Below are positions 10,417 through 23,300 of a stretch of DNA of 64,000 nucleotides, one piece after another. The notes beneath the pieces are model-generated. The model did no database searches. It saw nothing but the letters and a program-made list of their open reading frames with translations, and was not told the origin of the DNA. This stretch comes from Eledone cirrhosa (taxonomy: Eukaryota): positions 35,402,001 through 35,466,000 of the forward strand of contig OZ024742.1 of NCBI GenBank assembly GCA_964016885.1. The letters run 5' to 3'. The stretch's first letter is position 1, and every line of letters begins with the position of its first letter. Both the position numbers and the translations under genes were made by a program.

Positions 10417-13400
10417 TGCGCGGGGACATAGAAATAATCGGGCTGGATGCCCGATCGCGCAGTTAAACCACTGGGAGTGAAGAACCCCTAGCCCTTGTCA
10501 GGGCATTCTTCTAGGAGAAGGCATCTCAGGAAACTGGGTTAACTCCGACATAAAACCTGCGGCTCAGTAGTTACCGATGTTGTTGATCTTTTCTTCTTTT
10601 TGGGTTATAGCTACTGTCGCTCAGAGAGTGGGATTGGCTCAGTGCACAGTCTTTCCTCACTTTAAAAATATTCGTCACGCACAGGCATTGCACGAGTGGA
10701 TTAATAATTATTAATAGTGTACTATTATTATTATTATTATTACTATTATTACTACTTTTTTTTTTTTTTAACCCAATTCAATGATGTTCCAGAACAATAT
10801 AAAAGAGATAATTGGCAATTTAGGTTCTGGAACAAAAAAGATCATTGGCAATAAGGGCAGGGGCCCCAGGTTATCACAGCCTGGGCCCGCTCGTCATCGT
10901 GCTATTGTAATAGAGCCAAACAAGGCATTTAGTCTTGGCTGCTGGAACGTACGGACGCTGCTTGACAGGGATTCCTTGGGGCGTCCTGAACGAAGGACCG
11001 CTCTTGTTGCAAAGGAGCTTCGACGTTACGATCTTGACATCGTGGCTTTATCTGAGACGAGGCTAGCTGGAGATGGTCATCTTACGGAATTTTGTGGAGA
11101 ATATACATTCTTCTGGAAAGGAAGAGATGAAGGAACCAGAAGAGAGGCTGGGGTAGGATTTGCTGTTAAGACTGCGCTTGTGAACAAATTAGAAGAATTC
11201 CTAGTAGGGATTAGTGAGCGTCTTATGTCCATGAGAGTTCCGCTGGACAAGGGAAGATATGCTACCCTGGTGAGTGTGTATGCTCCAACTATGAGTTCTG
11301 TCGATGAGGAAAAGGTGTCCTTTTACCATGCCTTGAAAGGTGTTTTAAGAAATATCCCTCAGGCAGACAAAGTCATCGTGCTTGGTGACTTTAATGCTAG
11401 AGTGGGTAGGGATTTTAACACATGGAATGTAATCGGAAGGCATGGGGTGGGAAAGTGTAACAGCAATGGTATGCTCCTGCTGCAGATGTGTGAGGAGCTG
11501 GATCTGTGTGTTACCAACACCATGTTCCAACAAAAGAACAAATTCAAGACCACATGGATGCATCCTGCATCTAAGGAATGGCATCTTTTGGACTACGTCC
11601 TAGTCAGGATGCGTGACAGACAGGATGTGCAGTGTGTTCGTGTTCTTCGTAGAGCTGAGTGCTGGACGGACCACCGCCTGGTACGCGCAAAAGTGAAACT
11701 AATCACTAAACGTAAAATCCGGGCTCCTGGCGTTGCCCTGCCCAAAAGATTGAATGCTGCTCGTCTTAAGGATAAAAATGTGAAGAGGACATTGGAAGAA
11801 GAGATGCAGGCTGCAGATATTGGTGAGGATTGACCGACCCTTAAAAAGTCGGTTTACGATGTAGGCAGGCGTGTTCTGGGATTGGCGCAGAGGAAACATC
11901 AGGACTGGTTTGATGAGAATGATGTACATATAGAAGACTTGTTGGCTGATAAGAGGCGTGCTCTGTCACGCTACTTGACGGCAAAATCACAGGAGAGGAA
12001 TACGTTGCATGAGGAACTCAGGGATGTAAAGTCACGTGTTAGGCGGAGTCTTTCTCAGATGAAGGATCAGTGGTGGAGTGAGAAGGCTGGTGAGATACAA
12101 ACTGCGTCTGATTCCAATAACACAAAGTTGTTGTACAGTCTCTTGCGTGAGGTTTATGGACCGTCTTCTTCTCTGGTGACACCGCTTCGCAGAAGGGATG
12201 GCAAAGAACTTCTTCGTGACTCACAAGGAATTCTACGAAGGTGGCGAGAGCACTTTGATGATCTTTTGAATCAGCCGTCTGTCGTCAGTGAAGATTTCCT
12301 CAATCTCATTCCAGAAAGTCCTGTGAAAGTATCTCTCGCAGAACCTCCGACGCTTGTGGAGGTTGCAGTGGCTATTTCGAAGCTGAACAGTGGAAGATCT
12401 CCAGGTATGGATGGCATACATGCTGAGCTCCTACAATATGGTGGTGAGAGACTCCTGCAACATCTTCACTCTTTGTTTGGCAGGATATGGGCTAATGAAT
12501 CCGTACCTGAGGACTGGAGAGATGAAGTAATGGTGGTCTTGTACAAGGGAAAGGGTAACAGGAACGATTGTGGGAACTACAGAGGTATATCATTGCTTTC
12601 TGTCGTAGGGAAAGTTTTATGTAGGGTGCTTCTGGACCGTCTGCTGACACACATTGCAGATTGTGTTCTTCCTGAAAGTCAATCTGGTTTTCGTGCTGGA
12701 CGCGGCACTACTGATATGATCTTCTCAGCTAGACAGCTCCAGGAGAAAAGCATGGAACAAGGCTTGGATCTGTATCAGGTTTTTGTCGATCTGACAAAAG
12801 CTTTCGATACTGTTAACAGAGATGCATTATGGAAGGTTCTCCAGAAACTTGGTTGCCCTGATAAGTTCCTTGCTTTAGTTAGGTCTTTCCATGACGACAT
12901 GAAGGCTTGGGTTAATGTCGGGGGTAACATGTCGGAGCCTATCTCAATAAAAAATGGAGTGAAACAGGGGGATATTCCAGCACCGACCCTGTTTGCCATA
13001 TACTTTGCAATGGTTTTCTGTATTGCATTCAGGAATTGCGAGCATGGTGCTTACATCCGATATCGAACCTCAGACAGCATATTTAACATCAGGCGCTTTG
13101 CTGCGAAGACAAAAGTGTTTACATCAATCATAAGAGACCTCTTGTATGCAGATGATTGCGATCTTGTAGCGCACACAGAGAGTGATATGCAGCACATTTT
13201 GAGTGCATTTTCTGACGCTTGCATTGCCCTAGGTCTGACTGTCAGTCTCAAGAAAACCGTCGTCATGTACCAACCTGCCCCTGGTAAGCAGTACACTGAA
13301 CCAAACATCTATGTGTATGGCAAACGACTTGGAGTGGTTGATCAGTTTGTCTACCTGGGAAGCACTGTCAATCGATACGGCAACCTTGACAGTGAAATCT

Positions 13401-14334
13401 CACTTAGGATTAGGAAAGCAAGTGATGCTTTCGGAAAGCTAGAAAGGCGACTCTGGGGTCGGCGAGACATATGCAGGAGGACAAAGGTAAAGGTGTACAG
13501 GGCATGTGTGCTCTCTTGTCTTCTTTATGCCTGCGAGACCTGGGTCACATATCGAGACCACCTTAAGCAATTGGAGCGTTTCCATCAGATGTGTCTCAGA
13601 CGGATCCATGGCGTTCGCTGGAGGGACCACATCAGTGATGTCGAGATTTTGGAAAGCTCTATGTGTGACAGTATAGAAGCTCTTGTGCTTAAGCAATGAC
13701 TCCATTGGAGTGGTCACCTTGCCAGGATGAAGGATTCTAGAATACCAAAACAACTCTTTTATGGAGAGTTGGTTAAAGGAAAACGACCGCCACATAAACC
13801 AAAAAAGAGGTATAAGGATTCCTTGAAAGCCTCTCTGAAAGACGCTAACATCTCTGCTGATACATGGGAGAATATTGCTGCTGATCGTAATAAATGGAGA
13901 AAGACTGTATATGAGGGAAAAGTTGCCTTTGAGGCATCTCGAATCGCATACGAGAAAGTAAAGCGGGATGTGAGGAAGGGCATTGCTGTTGCACTTCCAG
14001 ACGGCGAGGGTCCTCCTATGGTGCTGACATGCAGCGTATGTGCGAGACTCTGCCTAAGCAAAGCTGGACTCGAAAGTCATCTTCGCAGTCATAAAGTAAG
14101 ACCAGTGGTTGACTACCAGGCTGCTGTTGGAGATGCTACTCATCTTGCTTGCCAAACATGTGGTAGAGAATGTAAATCAGCAGGAGGGCTCAAGCGATAT
14201 GCAAAAGTACACGAACTCCAACCACAGCCGACTATTCCCAGTAAATGTTTTGGTTGCCGACTCTGTGCAAGACATTTTAGATCATTGGCTGGGCTAAAAA
14301 GCCACATTCGATCGCAGCGCTGTTAGTTGCTATC

Positions 14335-14366
<32 letters not shown>

Positions 14367-14650
14367 GCTTGTGTGTGTGCGTGTGTGTGTATATATATAT
14401 GTATATGTATATTATTATTGTTGTTGTCGTTATTATTATTGTTATTATTATTATTATTAATGTATGTGTGTGTGTGTATCTGTGTGTGTGAGTGTGTGTG
14501 TGTGTATGTGTGTATGTATATGTATATATATATTTATATATATATATATATTTTTATTTTTTTTTATTTTTATTTAATTATTATTATTATTATTTTTTTT
14601 TTCTTTCTCCTCGTGCAATGGCCATACTCGATAACGAGGGGGCAGCCATC
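10417..14650 (+). mobile_element. Near full-length RTE-clade LINE
   Basis: 5'UTR with CTAGGAGAAGG; single reading frame 10781-14326 with APE endonuclease, RT and zinc fingers; microsatellite-rich 3'UTR; 3' terminus GGCAGCCATC plus (ATGT)n tail. Confidence 0.95.
10781..14326 (+). pseudogene. RTE ORF (APE-RT-3x C2H2), two in-frame TGA stops
   Basis: WNVRTL, LSETRL, GDFNA, DHRLV (APE); NYRGISLL, QSGFR, DLTKAFDTV, GVKQG, YADD, YLGS (RT); the three ORFs share one frame and are separated only by TGA at 11831-33 and 13697-99. Confidence 0.93.
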
Positions 14651-14725
14651 ATGTATGTATGTATGTATGTATGTATGTATGTATGTATGTATGTATGTTT
14701 GTATGTATGTATGTATGTATGTATG

Positions 14726-15330
14726 TCAGGTCACCAGTTGGTGCTACTGGTAACATATATCTCAGTACAACCTGTCTCATGTTCGGGTCGTTGGCGACTA
14801 TACTGGCAACCCACCAAGGTTTCTTGGTGAGGAGGGTGACTTTGGACATCCTGCAGGACTAAAAGCAAAACCTGTCAAAGGGCAAAGGAGTTCGTAAGAG
14901 TCAATGGCCATCCAAAGTCACCGGGAGAGATGACCCCTAGCCTTTGTCAAGACAGAATTCTAGGAGAAGGAAAACTCTGATATAACACCTGCAACCCTGA
15001 TGGTATCCAATGATGTTGACTTGTTCTTTTTGGTAAATATCATCTTGGTTAAGAGAGTGGGACTGGCTTTGTGCAGTGCCTTTGCTCACTATAAAAGCTT
15101 CACGGCACAGGCATTGCTTTGTATCTAGAGATCTCTCTGCACTTGTCGTCACATGGTACCATGGGCCCAGCACTATGTGTCAATAATTGTCACAAGTGTA
15201 GTGTTTGTACCAGAGTTTTCAAGTCGCTGGCTGGACTAAAAAGTCACACTCGTTCAGTGCATCGGTAGGGGTTCTCCTACATGGATATAAAGTAGTGGCC
15301 GTACTTGAAAACGAGTTGGCAACCACCATG
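14726..15330 (+). mobile_element. Non-autonomous RTE-derived element, family B (complete)
   Basis: Begins GTCAGGTCACC right after the RTE (TGTA)n tail; 5' end homologous to 7604; ends GAAAACGAGTTGGCAACCACC(ATGT)n; no ORF. Confidence 0.85.
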
Positions 15331-15374
15331 TATGTATATATGTATGTGTGTATGTGTGTATGTATGTATATATT

Positions 15375-15630
15375 TTTTGTGGAACGAAAGACTCGTAGTC
15401 TTCATTCAGACATCTCTCTAGGTGAAGGTGACTCTGATATAAAACCTGCGACTTCGTGTAGGCTAATTCTTCTTTTGGGGCAAATGCATTCGATGTTATG
15501 TGACATTGTTTTGCGATGCATGGTTTGCTGGCCATAGTCAAGTCCCTAGCAGGACTAAAAAGCTCGTCCATGATGCTCATGTTTAAGTATCAAGCGATGG
15601 CATTACGCGAAATCGAGTTGGAGCCATTAT
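15375..15630 (+). mobile_element. Diverged RTE-derived fragment
   Basis: CTAGGTGAAGGTGACTCTGATATAAAACCTGCG (variant of the 5'UTR motif) and GAAATCGAGTTGGAGCCATT(ATGT)n end. Confidence 0.6.
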
Positions 15631-15909
15631 GTATTCATGTATGTATGTATGTATCTATGTATGTATATATGCATGTATGTATGCATGCATGTATATTTGT
15701 ATGTATGTATGCATGTATCTATATATGTTTGACTCTGCAACCGAGAGAAGCACAACTCAATGCCTGAGTAGAATGATGTATAATTAATTCATTATAGATG
15801 CGAAGCTATATAAATGACTCGCGGGCCAATACTGTCGACCTTAATGCAACTTTCAACTAGTGTTCTAAACAACAGTTCTCAGATAGTAAAAGACTGTATT
15901 CAGTATTCA

Positions 15910-15956
15910 ATTGTCTGAAGAACGTGTTGCATGCAGTGAAAACTCCAGAGTAACAG
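15910..15956 (+). ncRNA. Hammerhead ribozyme-like motif
   Basis: tgt CTGAAGA...GAAA a CTC ca GAG TA aca; a related decayed copy (CTGATAA core) lies at 36770-36820. Confidence 0.6.
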
Positions 15957-16063
15957 GTCACTGGATAAGCTTTAATAATCTATACAAGTATATCACTACT
16001 GTGATACTGAATACTCATTTTCATGTTTGCCAATACTAAACCGACATGTATTTTATATATATA

Positions 16064-17314
16064 CTAGCAGAATGGCCCGGCGTTACTCGGGATTTGCTCT
16101 AGGGTTCTTATATATTTGATATATATTTATCCTTATTGAGCCTCGTGAAATAAATACGTTTATATATTTTGTTATCGTGTATGCAAAAATATCTGTACAC
16201 GAATATATAATTATATCTATATCTATATATCTAAAACAGAGAATGTCTGTCTGTCTGTAAGCTCACTAAAACTTGAGAACCACCCAACCGATTGTTTTCA
16301 AACTTTACACATGTAATACTTATGGTCCTGTGAGTTATTTGAGCAAAATATATTTCAAATTTTCAATGCCCTAGGGACCGCATTAGGCGATTTAGCGATA
16401 TAATTCTTAGTCTTTCTTTTTAGATAGATAGATACACAGATATAACGTTGGGCCCTTATAATATCTGTCTGTATGTCTGCCTGTCTGCATGACGACATTA
16501 TGATGCGATCAGTGTGTGTGTGTGTGTGTGTGTGTATGTATCGTAATGCAGACAGCAAGACATATAGCTTTCCTGCCCCTCTTCCAGCGTCTCTCTCTCT
16601 CCCGCTATCCCCCTCTTTTAGTCTGTCTGTTTCTTTCACTCTCACTCCTTCTCTTTATAACCCACTCACATTAATACTAAAGGGTTAAGGTATTGTTCTC
16701 AAAATAAATAATATTAAATCTATGAGATTTTTATATTATGTGAGATAAACCATGAAAATAATATAGTATATAGAGTAATGTAAATGCTAAAGGGTTAATT
16801 CCATCAGACCATGTAAGAGAGTTTATAATCACTCACGTACACATACACACTCACGCATGCAAACGCACACAAACTCACACACACATGCGCACGTACACAC
16901 ACACGCAATAGTTATTCCACTCTCATGTATCTCTCGCTCCCGCTATCCCCCTCTTTTAGTCTGTCTGTTTCTTTCATTCTCACTCTTTCTCTCTGTAACT
17001 CGTTCACATTTCTCCCCTCTATCGAAAAATGCTGTGACGTATGGGGAGAAGAGGAGGAGGAGTAGAGAGCCACTTCTTCACTTCGCCTCTCCCTTTCTTT
17101 CTCTCCCTTTTCACTCCCTTATTATGTACAGACATTGGCCACTTCACTAATTCGATCCCTAGGTCAGAATAATTTGAAATGTTTTTTTGCTCAAAACACT
17201 TCCGGGGCCATACGAGTTACATGTGTAGAGTTTGAAAAAAAACGGTTGGGTACTTCTCGAGTTTTAGGGAAACAGACACAGATACAGACATCCTCTGTTT
17301 TATATATATATAGA
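16064..17314 (-). mobile_element. Non-autonomous Helitron
   Basis: Minus strand A^TCTATATAT...AAAACAGAGG 5' end at 17314; subterminal hairpin CCCGAGTAACGCCGGG, then CTAG^T at 16064; extra 5' ends on + at 16222 and 17471. Confidence 0.8.
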
Positions 17315-17355
17315 TATATATATATATATGATGTGTGTATGTGAGTGTGTGTATC

Positions 17356-17425
<70 letters not shown>

Positions 17426-17564
17426 GATACACACACTCACACACACACGCACATACACACATCATATATATCTATATATATAAAACAGAGGATGTCTGTA
17501 TGTGTGTCTGTTTCCCTAAAACTCGAGAAGTACCCAACTGGTTTTTTTTCAAACTCTACACATG

Positions 17565-17566
<2 letters not shown>
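17218..17566. repeat. Inverted duplication centred on (TA)n
   Basis: 17218-17360 is the imperfect reverse complement of 17422-17566, around a TA tract. Confidence 0.85.
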
Positions 17567-17640
<74 letters not shown>

Positions 17641-17649
<9 letters not shown>

Positions 17650-17764
17650 GAGTTGGTACCCCGACAGCTGAGCTCTTGCCGTTTCAACAGTTAGTTCCAG
17701 AGTCCGGAACCAGCTGTTGAAACGACAAGAGCTCAGCTGTTGGGGTCCCAACTCTTTCATATAT
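17641..17764. repeat. Tail-out foldback element carrying hammerhead 3' halves
   Basis: About 55-bp arms; the left arm on minus reads GAAA CGGC aagagctca GCTG TC ggggt; TA on both sides; related fragment at 26428-26465. Confidence 0.75.
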
Positions 17765-18798
17765 ATATTTTCATCATCTACATTAATGACATTACTGACA
17801 TCATCAAGCACAGCAACATAAGAATCTTCGCAGATGATTCCAAGCTCCAAAGGGTCATGAATGAGGTGGGTGACCGGACTTGCCTTCAGTCAGACCTACT
17901 GGCTGTTATCCAATGGGCAGAAAAGAACAATATGCTGTTGAATGAGGATAAGTTTCAGTTAATCCACTTTGGAAAAAAGGATGCCCTGAATCTACCATAC
18001 ACTCTTCCTTCGGGTGAAACTGTCGTAGCACCCAACAACACCAGCGACCTGGGAGTAATTGTGGACAGCAACATAAGCTGGGCCACTCATATAAACAGCA
18101 AAGTTGACATGGCCCGTAGAATGTATTCCTGGATTCTCAGAACCTTCCAGTCGAGAGATATCCACACTGTTATCCTTCTCTTCTCCACTTTTGCCCGACT
18201 CCACCTTGAATACTGTTGTCAACTATGGTCTTCCCACACGAAACAAAGTATCATGAAAATTGAAGGACCCCAAAGATCGATTACAAAAAAGATAGAAGGC
18301 ATGACAGGCCTTGGCTATTTGAGTCGATTAGAAAAGCTCAACCATTATTCTCTCCAACGTTGCCGTGAGTGCTACATTATCTGTATGATGTGGAAAATAT
18401 TCTATCAGCTTTGCCCAAATGATGTTGGCATCATCTTTAATGTACATCCAAGGCTTGGACCCCGTGCTATCCGCCCACGACAAAAATATCACTCGCATCT
18501 CATAACAACAATACGGCACAATTATTTCACCTCAATTGGCCCCGCTCTCTTTAACATTACACCAAAACACATCAAAGCAGAGACAGATCCCATAAAGTTC
18601 AAGAAGTCTTTGGACAAATTCCTTCAACAAATCCTGGATAAGCCTCCTACACCCGGATATGCCCCCGTAAACAATAACTCTCTACTTGAGTGGGCCATGG
18701 TGCCCAAATCCTGATTTGAAAGACTTCGCCAGGTGGTGCTATTAAGTTAGACATGACCTGGGCCAATACTGGCCGAAACCTACCATAGTTATCAAAGT

Positions 18799-18800
<2 letters not shown>
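17765..18800 (+). mobile_element. 5'-truncated CR1/L2-group LINE (RT C-terminal half)
   Basis: ORF FIIYINDI...FADDSK...DLGV...LEYC..W; short 3'UTR ending GGCCGAAACC...AAGTTA. Confidence 0.88.
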
Positions 18801-18829
<29 letters not shown>

Positions 18830-19049
18830 ATTTCAAGTACTCTGGTGAGTAATGGTCTAACCGGTTTCTAACTAAATCCATCCTAATATATATATATATA
18901 AATTTTGAGTATATGTTGGTTGTATACCAACACCTCAGTATGCAGATTGGACCACTCGACGAGTGCGCAGGTTGGTTCGGTTACTCCGGAGTAATGTAAA
19001 ATAAAATAAAATAAATAAGTCAAATGTTTAAAATTTGGCTTCGTTCATT

Positions 19050-19104
19050 ACTGCTATATATATTTCGGTGACAGCCATCTTTGGCTGTGACCTCTTCAGG
19101 CAGT
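19050..19104 (-). ncRNA. Minimal hammerhead ribozyme
   Basis: actgc CTGAAGA ggtcacagcca aaga tggctgtcacc GAAA TATATA TA gcagt; perfect stem I and long stem II. Confidence 0.88.
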
Positions 19105-19261
19105 CCGAATTAGTGTGGTAGAGACGAGTACACATGTTGTTGAGGTGTTTAACTTTGTCAATACTCTGATATGCCCAGTTCCTGGTTGGGTTCTTATTTC
19201 ACTGAGGAACTGGAATCATATGATTCGAGTTCATCAGTGAAATAACAACCCACTAATTCGG

Positions 19262-19316
19262 ACTGCCTGAAGAGGTCACAGTCAAAGATGGCTGTCACCG
19301 AAATATATATAGCAGT
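19262..19316 (+). ncRNA. Minimal hammerhead ribozyme
   Basis: actgc CTGAAGA ggtcacagtca aaga tggctgtcacc GAAA TATATA TA gcagt. Confidence 0.88.
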
Positions 19317-19362
19317 AATAAACGAAGCCAAATTTTAAACATTTGACTTATTTATTTTATTT

Positions 19363-19426
<64 letters not shown>

Positions 19427-19472
19427 GAAATGACAGGAGGTTGGATTTGTGTAAATCCTTGAAAGGTTTATT

Positions 19473-19531
19473 ATACTATGATCATTTCAATAACCGGGTT
19501 CCGTATGAATCCGGTGATATCATCAGGTATT
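19473..19531 (-). ncRNA. Hammerhead ribozyme (TGATCA family)
   Basis: aatac CTGATGA tatcaccgg...ccggttatt GAAA TGATCA TA gtat; 3' flank runs into (TA)n at about 19420. Confidence 0.8.
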
Positions 19532-19636
19532 CGAAATATAATACGTGAATGTAATAGATAAAATCCATGGGGCTGAAAATCGAGGGCCCGAGGGCGACCG
19601 CTATTCTGTTCCTTCAACCTATGTATATATATATAC

Positions 19637-20375
<739 letters not shown>

Positions 20376-23300
20376 ATGGATTTTGAAAACGATATAATTT
20401 CTATCATCCAAGGCATCACATTCAAGAGAAACTTCAAAGGCCAGGACTACTTAAGATGCATTAAGGATAATATTGAAAGCTTGGAAAAATCAGAGAAAAT
20501 CTTAGTGAAGTCGGACAAAACTAATAACCTTTATGGAGTACAAAAGGACATGTATAACGACCTTATATTGAAAGAACTAAGGAAAAAGTACAAGGTAGCA
20601 AGTAAGGACGAACTGGAAAAAATGAATATAGAGGCATCTTGTATAATGCATGAATTAGACATTGAGAATAAAACACAACCCTTCATGCCTAGGAAACCCA
20701 AGATCAATATGAAAGATCACAAAAGAAACTTTGAAAATGATTTACCAGTCAGATTAATTGCACCATCTAAATCTGACCTGGGAAAACTTAGCAAAAACAT
20801 TCTAGACAGGGTAATACAACAAATTAAAAACTTACCTAATTTACCTTACTTAAAATTATGGAAGGGGACTGGTGAGGTTATTGAGTGGTTTAAAGAAATT
20901 AAATATAACTATAATAATAAGTTTATTCAGCTGGATATTGCTAACTACTATTCATCTATCACTCCTAATCTACTGAATAAGGCACTAAATTACGCATTTA
21001 AACATACTGACCTAACTAGCAATGAAATGCACATTATACTATCGGCAATGAAAACATTGATAGAATTTAATAACCAACTCTGGACTAGGGCAGATAGAGA
21101 TAATAATTTCGACATAACTATGGGATCATCAGGCTCAGCTCAGGTAACGGACCTTGTGGGCCTATTTATAATTAATTCGCTACATAGAAAAATACCAGGT
21201 GTAACCGGAGGATTATATCGTGATGACATGCTTTTACTTATTGAAAATAATATCTGTGAACTAAATAGAAAAAGAAAACAAATTATACAATTTTTTAATT
21301 ACCTTAATCTAAAAATAGAAATTGAGAATAACCATAGAATAGTCAATTTTCTGGATGTAATACTAAATCTCAACACATGTCTTCATTATCCATTTCACAA
21401 ACTAAATGAGAACTTGAATTATGTCAATTTTAACTCTAATCACCCCATATCTGTTAAAAATACTATAGTGAACTCTGTTCAAGAACGAATTTCAAGAATT
21501 TCATCTAATAAAAATATTTTTGATGAAAAAGCGCAGTATTACAATGAAGCGTTAGGTAGAGCTGGATATAGAGATAAAATTAAATACATCGATAATAATA
21601 ATAAGCAAACTAACCAAAATAATAACAATTTCAATTATGGTAACAACTTTAACAACTATAATAGAAATCATTACAATAATTCCAAAAGCCGAAAAAGAAA
21701 TAGAACTAGAAATATATTATGGTTTGCCCCCCACCCTTTCTCACTAAATATTAAAACCCATATTGCTAAACTATTCTTTAATGCTCTTGACAAACGCTTC
21801 CCTAGAACACATAAATATTACTCAATTTTTAATAGACACACTATAAAATTAACTTACTCGTCCACCAAAAATTTAGCACAAAATATTAATAGAATTAATA
21901 ATAGGAATTTAAAACCTAACCAAAATACCAATAATAACCCAAACAATATTCAATTAAATAACTGTAACTAGAAATAAATCTAACTGTCCGTTAAATAACA
22001 ACTGCTCAGCTAAAAATGTAGTGTACAATTGTAATGTTAAAACTAATTTAAATTCTTTCAACTATGTTGGTTCCACCTCGACAGAATTTAAATTTCGCTT
22101 CAATAATCATAAGAATTCTTCCACAGATCCAAACAAAAAATCTTCAACTTCGCTATCTAGCTTACTCTGTCACCTTAAACGAGATAATATTAAATATTCG
22201 ATGAATTGGAATATTATTTCAGAAGCTACTCCTTTTAATTCCTCTTCAGAAAATTGTGATCTTTGTATAGAAGAAATATTCTTTATATTAAAGTCCAAAA
22301 ATTCCCTTAATTTAAGGAGCAATTTATTCAGTTGCTGCAGACATAGATTGAACTCAACGTTTAAATATAAATATAAATTTAAAATGTAGTATAATTAATT
22401 AAGAAATTTAGTTAATATATGAAACCTGTCGATAAATCATTAGATTCCTTCACCGTTTTCATTTTAAACTTTCTTCCTAAATATAAACATGTATATAATA
22501 AACTACTCTAGAATGTATATGCTTCCAATGTATTAAATATAATATACGTAAGATAAATTTCTATACTAAATATAAGGTTATCCGTAGAATCACTGGGTTT
22601 TCTAAATCTTTTAAATTATTTTTATTTGTTTTGACTCTGATAGCTTCTAATAACTTTCATAAGTCTACCCTTTCAATATCTTGTTTTGAGATATAGGTAG
22701 GATAAATTTCTATACTAAATATATAAAACATATTATTTTAACTTGAGATACTCTATAGTGTTTTAAAGATATTTAATGCTTTGATATTTCTATGTTAATA
22801 TATTGATATTTGATTATCTCTATACAAATGCCATATGTGTGTATTAACATGCATATAAAAGTGTTATAAGGTTTTTTTATGTGTTTGTATATATGTCTGT
22901 ATATATACATGAGCGATGCTGGAGAACTCACGCAGATGTTTATTTATTTATACATATGTATGTGTATATATGTGTGTGTGTATATGTGATGTATGTTGCA
23001 GATATGCATAATATTAAATACATGAACGGCAATCGTATATATGAGGACATGAATATTAATCGTATATTTATGTATATATACTGTGAACTTTTTATAACAC
23101 AAGGAGTGTATAGCAGTGATCAAGTGAAATCATTTGCGCTTTGTGTGTCTATATTATTGGCTTGAGTAAACATAATTTCTATTTTCAGGACGTACATATG
23201 TGTGCATATATATATATACATATTTGTATCCTGATTTTTATAAATAGGGTACTTTTTGAAAGATTTAAATCAGATTTTGGTATATTGATCTCAAGTTTTT

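Larger units (their letters stand above)
18997..19369. mobile_element. Foldback element with two intact outward-facing hammerheads
   Basis: About 120-bp inverted arms (18997-19116 / 19251-19369); right arm followed by (TA)n. Confidence 0.88.
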
